Under the pieces are notes generated by a model. That model was not told the DNA's origin. It was given only the letters and a program-made list of their open reading frames with translations, and did no database searches. The translations under genes were made by a program, and so were the position numbers. This document shows positions 1 to 9,157 of a DNA stretch of 64,000 bases, in pieces. The DNA comes from Chitinophagales bacterium (GTDB taxonomy: Bacteria > Bacteroidota > Bacteroidia > Chitinophagales > CAIOSU01). The stretch spans positions 2,316-66,315 of the forward strand of contig BPHB01000004.1 of assembly GCA_026003335.1 (NCBI GenBank), in the 5' to 3' direction. The first letter of the stretch is position 1, and every line of letters starts with the position of its first letter.

Positions 1-68
1 TTATTTTCTACCCCAAGCATTAGCTCTGATTTCTGTTTTTCGTTAAGCTTACTCAATAATTCTTCCAT
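1..68 (-). CDS. 5' end of a probable further 26-aa-repeat family protein (runs off the window)
   Basis: ATG at 68 follows the T/A junction motif. It reads MEELLSKLNEKQKSELMLGVEN, which resembles the N-termini of the neighbouring repeat proteins (e.g. FNERQLEQIRLGLEK). Confidence 0.6.
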   Translation of the reverse strand, partial: MEELLSKLNEKQKSELMLGVEN

Positions 69-108
69 AGCCTCTTTTTTTAAAAAAAGAGGGGCTATAA
101 AGTCCCTC

Positions 109-660
109 TTAAATCAAGCCTTTAAATTCTATTAAAAGATTCACTTTCTCTTCCATCTTGGCATAGTGAAGCTCAGGATTGGCGTACCAACTCACATCCA
201 CCCCCGCTTCCAATCCATACCGGATCATCCTCATCTGCTGATAATCAAACTCCGGCTTGGCATAGACACTCACATCTAAGCCCTCTTTTAGCCCAAGCCT
301 GATCTCTTCCATCTGTTTCCAGTTAAACTCCGTCTTGGCATACACGCTTACGTCCACGCCTGCTTGTAACCCTAATCTTATCTCATTCATCTGGTAATAA
401 TCAAACTCCGGCTTGGCATACCAGCTAACATCCACTCCTCTTTTTAGCCCTTGCCTAATTTGCAGCATGTGCAAACAATCGAACTCCGGCTTGGCGTACC
501 AACTGACGTCCAATCCCTCTTCCAGTCCAAGACGAATCTCCTCCATCTGCTGATAATCAAACTCCGGCTTGGCGTACCGGCTGACGTCTAAACCTTTTTT
601 AAGTCCTATTTTAATTTCTTGCCTTTGCATCTCTTTGAAGATATCCAAATCTAATTTCAT
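109..660 (-). CDS. 26-aa tandem-repeat protein (6 repeats)
   Basis: Repeat unit EIRLGLxxGLDVSxYAKPEFxxxQM; C-terminus EFKGLI. Confidence 0.9.
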   Translation of the reverse strand: MKLDLDIFKEMQRQEIKIGLKKGLDVSRYAKPEFDYQQMEEIRLGLEEGLDVSWYAKPEFDCLHMLQIRQGLKRGVDVSWYAKPEFDYYQMNEIRLGLQAGVDVSVYAKTEFNWKQMEEIRLGLKEGLDVSVYAKPEFDYQQMRMIRYGLEAGVDVSWYANPELHYAKMEEKVNLLIEFKGLI

Positions 661-695
661 AGTTTTTTAAAAAAAGAGAGGCTAAGCCTCCCTTT

Positions 696-1244
696 TCAGT
701 AAAGATCCTGATATCCTTTTACTTCTTTTATCCACTCATATATCTCATCATTCCCCACGGGGGTGGAGTCTTGTATGCCATGATACTTTTTGTACAAATC
801 ATAAATCATGTCCTGTATAACTGATATAAAAGCTCCTATATCCCAGTTTAAGCGTAAAACCAGTGTATTGGTTAATTCTATCTTTGCTGCCTGATAATTT
901 GGGTAAAAATCATCAAATTCTAAGGCTTCTTTATGAGGACACGATCCGGTAACGCATTTCATGTATCCATCCTCATCAGGGTAGGTTTGAACTGATACAT
1001 AATCTTTTTTAAACCCTTCTGCAAGAATCTTTTCATGATCGAATTCGATCTCTATCCACGCATATTGCGCCATACAATACCGGCATGGTAATTCGCCTGT
1101 TTTTGTGTAAACGGCTTCCAGGTTATCACACATTTCTTCCAGCTGCTTTTCCAGCTCTAACTCTAAATGGTTGCTCCATGATTTGATATCATTAGCTATT
1201 TCATCCAATTTCAAAATCTCTTTGATTCTTTCTATCTTCTCCAT
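696..1244 (-). CDS. hypothetical protein
   Basis: ORF 696..1310. The start is moved to ATG 1244 (MEKIERIKE) because the longer ORF runs through the junction motif. Confidence 0.75.
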   Translation of the reverse strand: MEKIERIKEILKLDEIANDIKSWSNHLELELEKQLEEMCDNLEAVYTKTGELPCRYCMAQYAWIEIEFDHEKILAEGFKKDYVSVQTYPDEDGYMKCVTGSCPHKEALEFDDFYPNYQAAKIELTNTLVLRLNWDIGAFISVIQDMIYDLYKKYHGIQDSTPVGNDEIYEWIKEVKGYQDLY

Positions 1245-1297
1245 AATCCTTATGCCATTTTTCAAAAAAAAGAGGGGGAGTACCCCTCCCCCCTTTT

Positions 1298-1987
1298 TTA
1301 TAATAAACACAAATAATCAGTTATGTTCTGAGGGGTGTTATCATACATCCATCCCTCATTTTCAATCTCCCTTAGGACATTCTCTGATTCTATTACTTCT
1401 ACTTCTTCGTAGCAATGCACATGGATATATCCCATATAGCCACATTCAATGAAAGCGGAGATATACTCATGTGAGTAAGGGTGATATAAATCGCAGTTAT
1501 TAATAATATAAGTAGGGGTTGAACAGTAATAATCGTCGTCGCAAACCTCGACTTCCACAACCAAGCTGAATTCAAAGAATTCAAGCATATCTTTGCTTTT
1601 AAAGCTAAGACAATCAATTGCCAGTAATTTTAATTGGTTTGATTTTATTTCGTTAACGGACCAGTAACAAAGGGTCCCATCCCCAATGATAAGCTCATCC
1701 CCAGGGGTGATAAGATCATACAATTCAGTCCCCCCCATGACTTTTACTTCATTAAATGTATAATAGTTTTCAGCTACTTCTTTAGTGTAAAAGTGCATGA
1801 TTCCATCATGCACATAGTCTTTGTTGACATACAAGATGTCTTTTTGTAGGTTAATAACCCCTGTGACCGGCCGGTAAAATCTTGGTGCGTAATTATCTAT
1901 CTTTTCCGGAAGGATCAGCAAGTAATCATTATGATACTGCCCTTCTATGGTCACATCTGCTTTGTAAAAGAACAATTTCTTTTCCAT
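1298..1987 (-). CDS. hypothetical protein
   Basis: 229-aa ORF with ATG directly after a junction motif. Confidence 0.8.
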   Translation of the reverse strand: MEKKLFFYKADVTIEGQYHNDYLLILPEKIDNYAPRFYRPVTGVINLQKDILYVNKDYVHDGIMHFYTKEVAENYYTFNEVKVMGGTELYDLITPGDELIIGDGTLCYWSVNEIKSNQLKLLAIDCLSFKSKDMLEFFEFSLVVEVEVCDDDYYCSTPTYIINNCDLYHPYSHEYISAFIECGYMGYIHVHCYEEVEVIESENVLREIENEGWMYDNTPQNITDYLCLL

Positions 1988-2031
1988 AGTTTATTAAAAA
2001 AAGTGTGGGGAGGTATTCCCTCCCACACACT

Positions 2032-2316
2032 TTAATCTTCGAGGCAGTCCTCTTCGTCCTCCTCTTCCTCTCCTTCATTGGCTGCTTCAACTAACTCATC
2101 CCAACTGATTTCATCTATACAAATGAAATCGGCAATAAAGTAATATCTTGAAGTGATCTCATCACATATACTTTCAAGATATTCTTTAAATTCATAAACA
2201 CCGTCAGTGGTAAAATCAAATCCCAATTCTGTAATCCACATGCTTGCAGCCCAAGTGGCATGATTCTTCCATCCGTTGTACCCTTTCATAGTTCTTTTTG
2301 TTTTTTGGTTTGACAT
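2032..2316 (-). CDS. small acidic phage protein with YNGWxNxxTW motif
   Basis: GYNGWKNHATW motif, seen in phage early proteins; acidic tail; ATG adjacent to the junction motif. Confidence 0.75.
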   Translation of the reverse strand: MSNQKTKRTMKGYNGWKNHATWAASMWITELGFDFTTDGVYEFKEYLESICDEITSRYYFIADFICIDEISWDELVEAANEGEEEEDEEDCLED

Positions 2317-2351
2317 TTTTTAAAAAAAACAGGCAGTGGTTGCCTGTTTTT

Positions 2352-2840
2352 TTAAATGAGGCCTTCGTATTCCTCATACATCAAAGCCCAAGTAAGAGCA
2401 TCTTCAAATGTAAGCCCGCTTCTACCTGTATGTTCTTCTGCAATGTCTATCAACACTTTACATATCTCATCCAAGTAGTTCTCCTGAACTTCAATTACAC
2501 GCTTTTGTACGGTATCAATAAATGCCGATATAGATTCATCAATAGAATGCGACATAAGCTGACAATCTATTAATTCCTCTCCCCCGCATTCGAGAAGACG
2601 CTCCCTGTTTATATCACAAAAGACAGCTAAATACCCCTCAAAGTCATAATAACATTCTATTGAGGTAGCTGCCTCTACACATTTTTTACAAGGTTTTTTA
2701 CCTATCTTTTTGATTTCTTTTCTTAGTTTTTCGGCCTCGGCTATCAACCTTGGGTGGATGACATTGTCCCAATAGTTCAAGTCTGTTGCCGCGTAATAAT
2801 CGCGCAACAACTCTTTGATTCTGATCAGGGTGTTGTTCAT
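2352..2840 (-). CDS. hypothetical protein (CxxC; C-terminal EYEGLI)
   Basis: 162-aa ORF bounded by junction motifs; KPCKKC resembles VPCEKC in 6230..6739. Confidence 0.8.
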   Translation of the reverse strand: MNNTLIRIKELLRDYYAATDLNYWDNVIHPRLIAEAEKLRKEIKKIGKKPCKKCVEAATSIECYYDFEGYLAVFCDINRERLLECGGEELIDCQLMSHSIDESISAFIDTVQKRVIEVQENYLDEICKVLIDIAEEHTGRSGLTFEDALTWALMYEEYEGLI

Positions 2841-2877
2841 AGTTTTTTTAAAAAAAACAGGGAATACATGTCCCTGT

Positions 2878-3195
2878 CTACAGTAATCCTTTAAATTCTA
2901 TCAATAGCTTAAGTATATCTTTCATTTTTTTTGCGCTAAACTCCGGCTTGGCATACACACTTACGTCTACGCCCTCTTCTAACCCATACCGTATTTGTGC
3001 CATCTGTTTCCAGTTAAACTCAGGCTTGGCATACCAACTCACATCCAACCCTTCTTTTAGTCCAAACCTGATCTCTTCCATCTGTTCCCACCTAAACTCC
3101 GGCTTAGCGTACCAGCTCACGTCTAATCCTTCTTCCAGTCCAAACTGGATTTGTTGCAACTGATTTTCACCGAAAAGTTCTTTGTTTATCTCCAT
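2878..3195 (-). CDS. 26-aa tandem-repeat protein (3 repeats)
   Basis: 105 aa, same repeat unit. Confidence 0.9.
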   Translation of the reverse strand: MEINKELFGENQLQQIQFGLEEGLDVSWYAKPEFRWEQMEEIRFGLKEGLDVSWYAKPEFNWKQMAQIRYGLEEGVDVSVYAKPEFSAKKMKDILKLLIEFKGLL

Positions 3196-3234
3196 AGCTT
3201 TTTTAAAAAAAACAGAGGGGATGTGCCCTCTGCT

Positions 3235-3786
3235 TTAAATCAATCCTTTAAGTTCTATCAATAGCTTAAGTATATCTTTCATTTTTTTTGCGCTAAACTC
3301 CGGCTTGGCATACCAGCTCACGTCTACGCCCTCTTCTAACCCAATCCGGATTTGTTCCATCTGTCCCCAGTCAAACTCAGGCTTGGCATAGACACTTACG
3401 TCTACGCCCTCTTCCAATCCATACCGGATCTTCCTCATCTGCTGATAATCAAACTCCGGATTGGCATACCAGCTCACATCTAATCCTTCTTCAAGCCCAA
3501 ATCTTATTTGCTCCATCTGATGATTGTCAAACTCCGGCTTGGCATACCAACTCACATCCAACCCTTTTTCAAGACCAAGTCTTATTTCCCTCATCTGTCC
3601 CCAGCCAAACTCCGGATTGGCATAGACACTCACGTCCACGCCTTTCCTAAGACCAAACCTGATCTCTCGCATCTGTTCCCAATTGAAATCAGGCTTGGCA
3701 TACCAGCTTACGTCTAATCCTTCTCCCAGTCCAAGCTGGATTTGTAGTAATTGCTCTCTACCGAAAAGTTTTTCGTTTATCTCCAT
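3235..3786 (-). CDS. 26-aa tandem-repeat protein (6 repeats)
   Basis: 183 aa = 105 + 3x26. Confidence 0.9.
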   Translation of the reverse strand: MEINEKLFGREQLLQIQLGLGEGLDVSWYAKPDFNWEQMREIRFGLRKGVDVSVYANPEFGWGQMREIRLGLEKGLDVSWYAKPEFDNHQMEQIRFGLEEGLDVSWYANPEFDYQQMRKIRYGLEEGVDVSVYAKPEFDWGQMEQIRIGLEEGVDVSWYAKPEFSAKKMKDILKLLIELKGLI

Positions 3787-3823
3787 AGCTTTTTTTAAAA
3801 AAACAGGGGATACATGTCCCTGT

Positions 3824-4609
3824 TTATAGTAATCCTTTAAATTCCATTAATGCTTCTCTTTTCTTTTTCATTTCAAGTGAGCCAAACTCCGGCTTAGCAT
3901 AGACACTCACATCCAACCCCTCTTCCAGTCCAAACCTGATTTGTTCCATCTGTCCCCAGTCAAACTCAGGCTTGGCATAGACACTCACATCTAATCCTTC
4001 TTCAAGCCCAAATCTTATTTGCTCCATCTGATGATTGTCAAACTCCGGCTTGGCGTACCAACTCACATCCAACCCCTCTTTTAGCCCAAACCTGATTTGT
4101 TCCATCTGTCCCCAGTCAAACTCAGGCTTGGCATAGACACTCACATCTAATCCTTCTTCAAGTCCAAATCTTATTTGCTCCATCTGATAATTGTTAAACT
4201 CCGGCTTGGCGTACCAACTCACATCCAACCCTGCCTTCAACCCAAGCCTGAGTTGTACCATCTGCCATTCATTGAATTCCGGCTTGGCGTACCAACTCAC
4301 ATCCACGCCCTCTTTCAAACCATACCTGATCTCTCGCATCTGCTTTGGCATGAATTCCGGCTTGGCATACACACTTACGTCTACGCCCTCTTCTAACCCA
4401 ATCCGGATTTGTTCCATCATCCCCCAAGCAAATTCCGGCTTGGCATAAATGCTTACGTCCAATCCTGCTTCCAATCCAAGACGAATCTCCTTCATCTTTT
4501 CCCAAATAAACTTAGGATCGGTATACCAACTCACATCCAACCCTTTTTCAAGGCCAAGACGTATCTGCTCTAATTGCCGTTCGTTAAAAATGTCTTTGTT
4601 TATCTCCAT
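3824..4609 (-). CDS. 26-aa tandem-repeat protein (9 repeats)
   Basis: 261 aa = 105 + 6x26. Confidence 0.9.
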   Translation of the reverse strand: MEINKDIFNERQLEQIRLGLEKGLDVSWYTDPKFIWEKMKEIRLGLEAGLDVSIYAKPEFAWGMMEQIRIGLEEGVDVSVYAKPEFMPKQMREIRYGLKEGVDVSWYAKPEFNEWQMVQLRLGLKAGLDVSWYAKPEFNNYQMEQIRFGLEEGLDVSVYAKPEFDWGQMEQIRFGLKEGLDVSWYAKPEFDNHQMEQIRFGLEEGLDVSVYAKPEFDWGQMEQIRFGLEEGLDVSVYAKPEFGSLEMKKKREALMEFKGLL

Positions 4610-4649
4610 AGCTTTTTTTTAAAAAAACAGAGGGGATGTGCCCTCTGCT

Positions 4650-5591
4650 TTAAAGCAATCCTTTAAGTTCTATCAATAGCTTAAGTATATCTTCCATCTT
4701 TTTTGCGCTAAACTCCGGCTTGGCATACACACTTACGTCTACGCCCTCTTCTAACCCAATCCGGATTTGTTCCATCTGTCCCCAATTGAAATCAGGCTTA
4801 GCATAGACACTCACATCCACGCCCGCTTCCAATCCAAACCGGATTTCTCTCATACTGCCCCAACTAAACTCTTTTTTGGCATACCAAGTAATGTCTAACC
4901 CCTTTTCCAGCCCATAACGTATCTCCCGCATTTGTTCCCAGCTAAACTCCGGTTTGAAATATATACTTACATCCAATCCTTTTTCCAACCCCAGTCGGAC
5001 TTCTTCCATCACCTTCCAAAAATACACTTTGTTAGCATACACACTAACATCTACCCTTGCTTTAAGACCATGCCGTATTTGAAACATCTGAGTGCTGTTA
5101 AACTCCGGCTTGGCATACCGGCTCACGTCCAAGCTTTCTTCCAGCCCAAGTCTTATTTCCTTCATTTGCCATTCATCGAATTCCGGCTTGGCATAAATGC
5201 TCACATCCAGGTCTTTTCCAAGACCAAGTCTTATTTCCATCATCTGTCCCCAGTTAAACTCCGGCTTGGCATACACACTTACGTCTACGCCCTCTTCTAA
5301 CCCAATCCGGATTTGCTCCATCTGTCCCCAATTGAAATCAGGCTTGGCATACCAACTCACATCCAACCCTTTCTCAAAACCAAGTCTTATTTCCCTCATC
5401 TGTCCCCAGCCAAACTCCGGCTTAGCATAGACACTCACGTCCAATCCCTCTTCCAGTCCAAGACGGATCTCCTCCATCTGCTGATAATCAAACTCCGGCT
5501 TGGCATACCAGCTTACGTCCAATCCTTCTTCCAGTCCAAACTGGATTTGTTGCAACTGATTTTCACCGAAAAGTTCTTTGTTTATCTCCAT
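4650..5591 (-). CDS. 26-aa tandem-repeat protein (11 repeats)
   Basis: Start at ATG 5591 (MEINKELFGENQ, identical to the 2878..3195 N-terminus); 313 aa = 105 + 8x26. Confidence 0.9.
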   Translation of the reverse strand: MEINKELFGENQLQQIQFGLEEGLDVSWYAKPEFDYQQMEEIRLGLEEGLDVSVYAKPEFGWGQMREIRLGFEKGLDVSWYAKPDFNWGQMEQIRIGLEEGVDVSVYAKPEFNWGQMMEIRLGLGKDLDVSIYAKPEFDEWQMKEIRLGLEESLDVSRYAKPEFNSTQMFQIRHGLKARVDVSVYANKVYFWKVMEEVRLGLEKGLDVSIYFKPEFSWEQMREIRYGLEKGLDITWYAKKEFSWGSMREIRFGLEAGVDVSVYAKPDFNWGQMEQIRIGLEEGVDVSVYAKPEFSAKKMEDILKLLIELKGLL

Positions 5592-5627
5592 AGCTTTCAC
5601 AGAAAAAAGAGAGACAAGACAGTCTCT

Positions 5628-6188
5628 CTAACCTAATAGGTCAAAATACAGAGATAACTCTTCTGCATAATTGAGTACCACCTGCACAAACCCCTCCTGC
5701 CCGGTCAACTCTTTGTATGCACGAGTCATCACCGGAATGATTTGTGACTTAAAATCACTTGCCGCAAAAACAAGCCTATTCCCAAACTTATTTTTGATAT
5801 CGGCAAGATATCTTTCATTTTTAAGTGATTTCAACGAAGGGTCATTGTAATAGGGCAAAGACCCCTCGATACACCCTACGCAGAAATCATGCTTGATGCA
5901 TGATTTCATCAATGAAAGCTTGCTTTTAATAAGCGATACATCCAGCTGCCCGTTATCAGTAATGATACTGATATGAAAGGCGTCTAATATTGCCTCAGGG
6001 CAACCGCTGCGTAGATCATCTTCATCTACTCTTATACTGTGTTTTTTCTTTACCTCCTCTATGACCTTTGAAAAGGCCTTATCAAGGAGTACCTTGTGCG
6101 CTTCCCCTCTACGTTCTACATCGCTCGCGAGGAGATAGTATTTGTAGAGGGTGTAAATTTCTTTTTTTAGAATGAAGTTATCTTTCAT
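5628..6188 (-). CDS. hypothetical protein
   Basis: 186-aa ORF bounded by junction motifs. Confidence 0.8.
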   Translation of the reverse strand: MKDNFILKKEIYTLYKYYLLASDVERRGEAHKVLLDKAFSKVIEEVKKKHSIRVDEDDLRSGCPEAILDAFHISIITDNGQLDVSLIKSKLSLMKSCIKHDFCVGCIEGSLPYYNDPSLKSLKNERYLADIKNKFGNRLVFAASDFKSQIIPVMTRAYKELTGQEGFVQVVLNYAEELSLYFDLLG

Positions 6189-6229
6189 AATCTATTTCTT
6201 AAAAAAACAGGGGCTTGACATAACCCCGG

Positions 6230-6739
6230 CTATATCAAGCCCCTGTATTCCCAAATGGAATAAGCCCATTCGAGAATTTCGTCTTTTTTCCAAGGGCCCT
6301 TCTTCTTTAAGCCCTTATAATACCCTAATAAGAGGTCGTAAGCCTCTTTCTTATATTCATCCATGATAGGGTCTACCATTTCATAGGCGTCACTACGAAC
6401 ACAACGCATAATCTGATCTACGTCTTTATCATGGATGTAGTTATAAGGGCTTCTATTATGACTGCAATTCCCCTTGGCACAGTTATCCACACGCTCCCAC
6501 CCGAAAGAGTAAAGCGTATAATGGAAGCCTATGCGTACGGGGTCCCATTCTGCGGTGATCTTCACCGCAGATAAAATACACTTCTCACAAGGAACTTTGC
6601 CTCTTTTAAAGGCAATGTCCCTTACTTTCTCATGCACATCGCGGAAAAGACCTCTTATATTCATGGTCTCCGCATAACATGCCGCCGCATAGTATTTAAT
6701 ATATGCGGCAATAACTTCTTTATAAATGTCTAATTCCAT
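6230..6739 (-). CDS. hypothetical protein (CxxC; C-terminal EYRGLI)
   Basis: 169-aa ORF; KYYAAA...VPCEKC layout resembles DYYAAT...KPCKKC in 2352..2840. Confidence 0.8.
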   Translation of the reverse strand: MELDIYKEVIAAYIKYYAAACYAETMNIRGLFRDVHEKVRDIAFKRGKVPCEKCILSAVKITAEWDPVRIGFHYTLYSFGWERVDNCAKGNCSHNRSPYNYIHDKDVDQIMRCVRSDAYEMVDPIMDEYKKEAYDLLLGYYKGLKKKGPWKKDEILEWAYSIWEYRGLI

Positions 6740-6777
6740 AGTTTTTTTAAAAAAAAGGGGTTACCCCCCTTTGATGG

Positions 6778-8010
6778 TCATTCTACATGAACAACCATCT
6801 TCGCTTTCTTTACCCCCGGCTTTGCACCCGTATACATCACAATCCCTACCGTCTTGCCGGGAAATTCTAATACATCATCTGAGTCGAGATAGCCATCAGT
6901 CAATACAATCACGACGTCATGCTTCTTGGCTATCTGCTTCAGATGGAGGCCGAGCTGAGTACCGGACCCCCTGGGAATAGAGGCTTTACGGATGTCTTTT
7001 ATTTTCTCGTACCCCACAATCTCGGTGTCTACATAGTACATATGTGTAGTGACACCTTTGATCAGCACCTGGCCAAGCAGGCGTTTGATCTCATCCTCAC
7101 TCATAGAGAGAGAGACATCCAGCAGCACAGCCATCTCACGGGAGATACGCTGCACACCAGGCAGCTCGCGCATATTGCGCCGGTTGGGACGCCCCCATGT
7201 GTCTATGGAGTCACGGCTGCCTAAGGCATGCTTTAGCAATGCCTTCACCCGATTGGCCCATCTGCCGGGCTTAATCGATGTGATAGACAGCGTGTCCCAT
7301 ACACCAGAGCCGGTCCCGGCAGCCTGAGCTACCTGACTTTTCATCCTTTCGGCTACCGCCGCGGCTTCGGCTGCCGTCGCGTCATCCATAGGCATATGAG
7401 TGTCCGTAGACCCCTCAGTTCCTTGAAGACGCTTAAGCATACCCTTGGCAGTCTCTCTTCCTCCATTTGAAGAAGAAGAGCCACCACGGGAGGCCGAACC
7501 TTTGTTGTCCTCCTCTTCATTCCCCTCACCATCGCCATCCCCTTCCTGCTGCATAGAGTCCTGCTCCTTACGAAGAAACTCATACAGTTCTTCAAAGAGC
7601 CACTCGCCTTCATAGTCAGAAGGCATACGGCATCCTCCTTCAATGAATTGAAGGTCATTAGGGTAGCGCTCAAGTAAGGAGTCATTGATGATGCAGTCCT
7701 GTGCAATATTCGACAGGAACGCATCTCTGTGTCCTACTCTGAGCAAATGAATATTGCTCAAATGCATCGCTTCATGCAAAAGCAAGAAACGAAGCTGAGC
7801 ATCATTTAACTCAGAGGATCTTGGTCCTATATGGAGGACAAATCCCTTCCTCCGTTTGTCGTAACTCACCGCACCATAAGGGACACTCTCATCGTACCTC
7901 TTATCACAAAGGGACAATAAGAGCCCCAGCGCACGGTAGTCTTCGCTCCGCGGTGACGACACTATCCCAAGAATAGTATCGTACACGCGGTTTAAAATGT
8001 CTAATTCCAT
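6778..8010 (-). CDS. metallopeptidase-like (HExxH) + VWA domain protein (DUF2201-like)
   Basis: LLHEAMH, NIAQDCIIND, MIDAS-like LLDVSLS, and LTDG. Start at ATG 8010 (MELDIL) after the junction motif. Confidence 0.8.
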   Translation of the reverse strand: MELDILNRVYDTILGIVSSPRSEDYRALGLLLSLCDKRYDESVPYGAVSYDKRRKGFVLHIGPRSSELNDAQLRFLLLHEAMHLSNIHLLRVGHRDAFLSNIAQDCIINDSLLERYPNDLQFIEGGCRMPSDYEGEWLFEELYEFLRKEQDSMQQEGDGDGEGNEEEDNKGSASRGGSSSSNGGRETAKGMLKRLQGTEGSTDTHMPMDDATAAEAAAVAERMKSQVAQAAGTGSGVWDTLSITSIKPGRWANRVKALLKHALGSRDSIDTWGRPNRRNMRELPGVQRISREMAVLLDVSLSMSEDEIKRLLGQVLIKGVTTHMYYVDTEIVGYEKIKDIRKASIPRGSGTQLGLHLKQIAKKHDVVIVLTDGYLDSDDVLEFPGKTVGIVMYTGAKPGVKKAKMVVHVE

Positions 8011-8066
8011 ACTTTTTTCAAAAAAAAGGCATAGGGACATAGTCCCCGCCTTTCAAACCTGCCATT

Positions 8067-9116
8067 TTAAATGGAGGAGATAATTTTCTTCAGTGTGTTT
8101 CTAAACCGATTATCCCCACCATTAAATTCACGGCTTGCCTGCCCCAAGACCTCCTTAGCCGGTTGTGCCATATTCTTGGCCTTGGTTAAGATGCCGCCGA
8201 CCAAGTCAATAGGCATCTTCTCGCAGGCACGGACGAGAAGTATGGCCTCTTTCTTGGTCACCTTCTCTCTACCCTCCATCCAATCCATGACACCTGTCGC
8301 CACATTAGCGGCGTTGGTGTCATTAATCATATCGATTAGCTTGGGGTCTTTCAGTATATTGACCCAAGTAATCTTACTCATCTCTTCAACCCAGGTGCCA
8401 AATGCAACGGCAGCCCGGGTACCAATTATACCCTTCAATTCCTCAATGCCCAACTCTATATGTTGAGACATTGAGATTACGAATTCCCAGCTTCTGGGGC
8501 TGGGAGCCCCAAATTCATCCCTCATTTCGGGCGCATTGAAATATTTGCGCTCCGACTTCAAAAACGTAACGACCATATTATCGCCGTACTTTTTAATTAT
8601 CCACTGAGACCATGCATCAAAGTCAAGGTCCCAGCGAATTGTCCAGAGACGTTCCCTCAAAGCCGAAGGCATCTCCTCCACAACAGACTCTGTGCCATCC
8701 TCTTCACCCAAGTTGCCGGTTGCGGCAATCTTGGCTTTTCCTGATATTTGGCGACCCTGCCACTCACGCTCATTAAAGAGCTGGTAGAAGGTCACCATCG
8801 TTTTCGGATGAGCCGCATTGAGCTCATCGAAAATGAACAGCGTGGGTTCTTTGCACTCCAGCATCTCCGTTATGATGGGAGAAGCCATGTATTCAAATGA
8901 CTTCTCCCCTAATTTCGGGATGCCTACAAAGTCCTCAGGTGGAGCCTGTACCGGCACCACACGGACGTTCCATCCCTTTGCGTGAGCTATCTCACGAAGG
9001 ATGGCACTTTTACCTGTACCCGGTGCTCCTACAAGGAAAGGCACCGGAACATAGCAATTGCCTTGTACTTCAAGCAAGGCGCTGATCTGGTTTCTTAAGT
9101 TTGTTTTCATGCTCAT
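8067..9116 (-). CDS. MoxR-like AAA+ ATPase
   Basis: Walker A GAPGTGKS, Walker B FIFDELN, ATGN, ALRER and PSPRSW. Adjacent to a VWA gene. Start at ATG 9116 after the junction motif. Confidence 0.85.
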   Translation of the reverse strand: MSMKTNLRNQISALLEVQGNCYVPVPFLVGAPGTGKSAILREIAHAKGWNVRVVPVQAPPEDFVGIPKLGEKSFEYMASPIITEMLECKEPTLFIFDELNAAHPKTMVTFYQLFNEREWQGRQISGKAKIAATGNLGEEDGTESVVEEMPSALRERLWTIRWDLDFDAWSQWIIKKYGDNMVVTFLKSERKYFNAPEMRDEFGAPSPRSWEFVISMSQHIELGIEELKGIIGTRAAVAFGTWVEEMSKITWVNILKDPKLIDMINDTNAANVATGVMDWMEGREKVTKKEAILLVRACEKMPIDLVGGILTKAKNMAQPAKEVLGQASREFNGGDNRFRNTLKKIISSI

Positions 9117-9157
9117 ATTTGTTTTTTCAAAAAAAACCCGCCATAAGGCGGGGCGCA

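Noticed and set aside
109..5591. 78-bp periodic repeats resembling a CRISPR array
   Set aside because: The units are in-frame coding repeats with synonymous variation and no unique spacers.
109..5591. Diversity-generating retroelement acting on the repeat genes
   Set aside because: No reverse transcriptase in the window, and I saw no template/variable repeat pair with adenine-specific differences.
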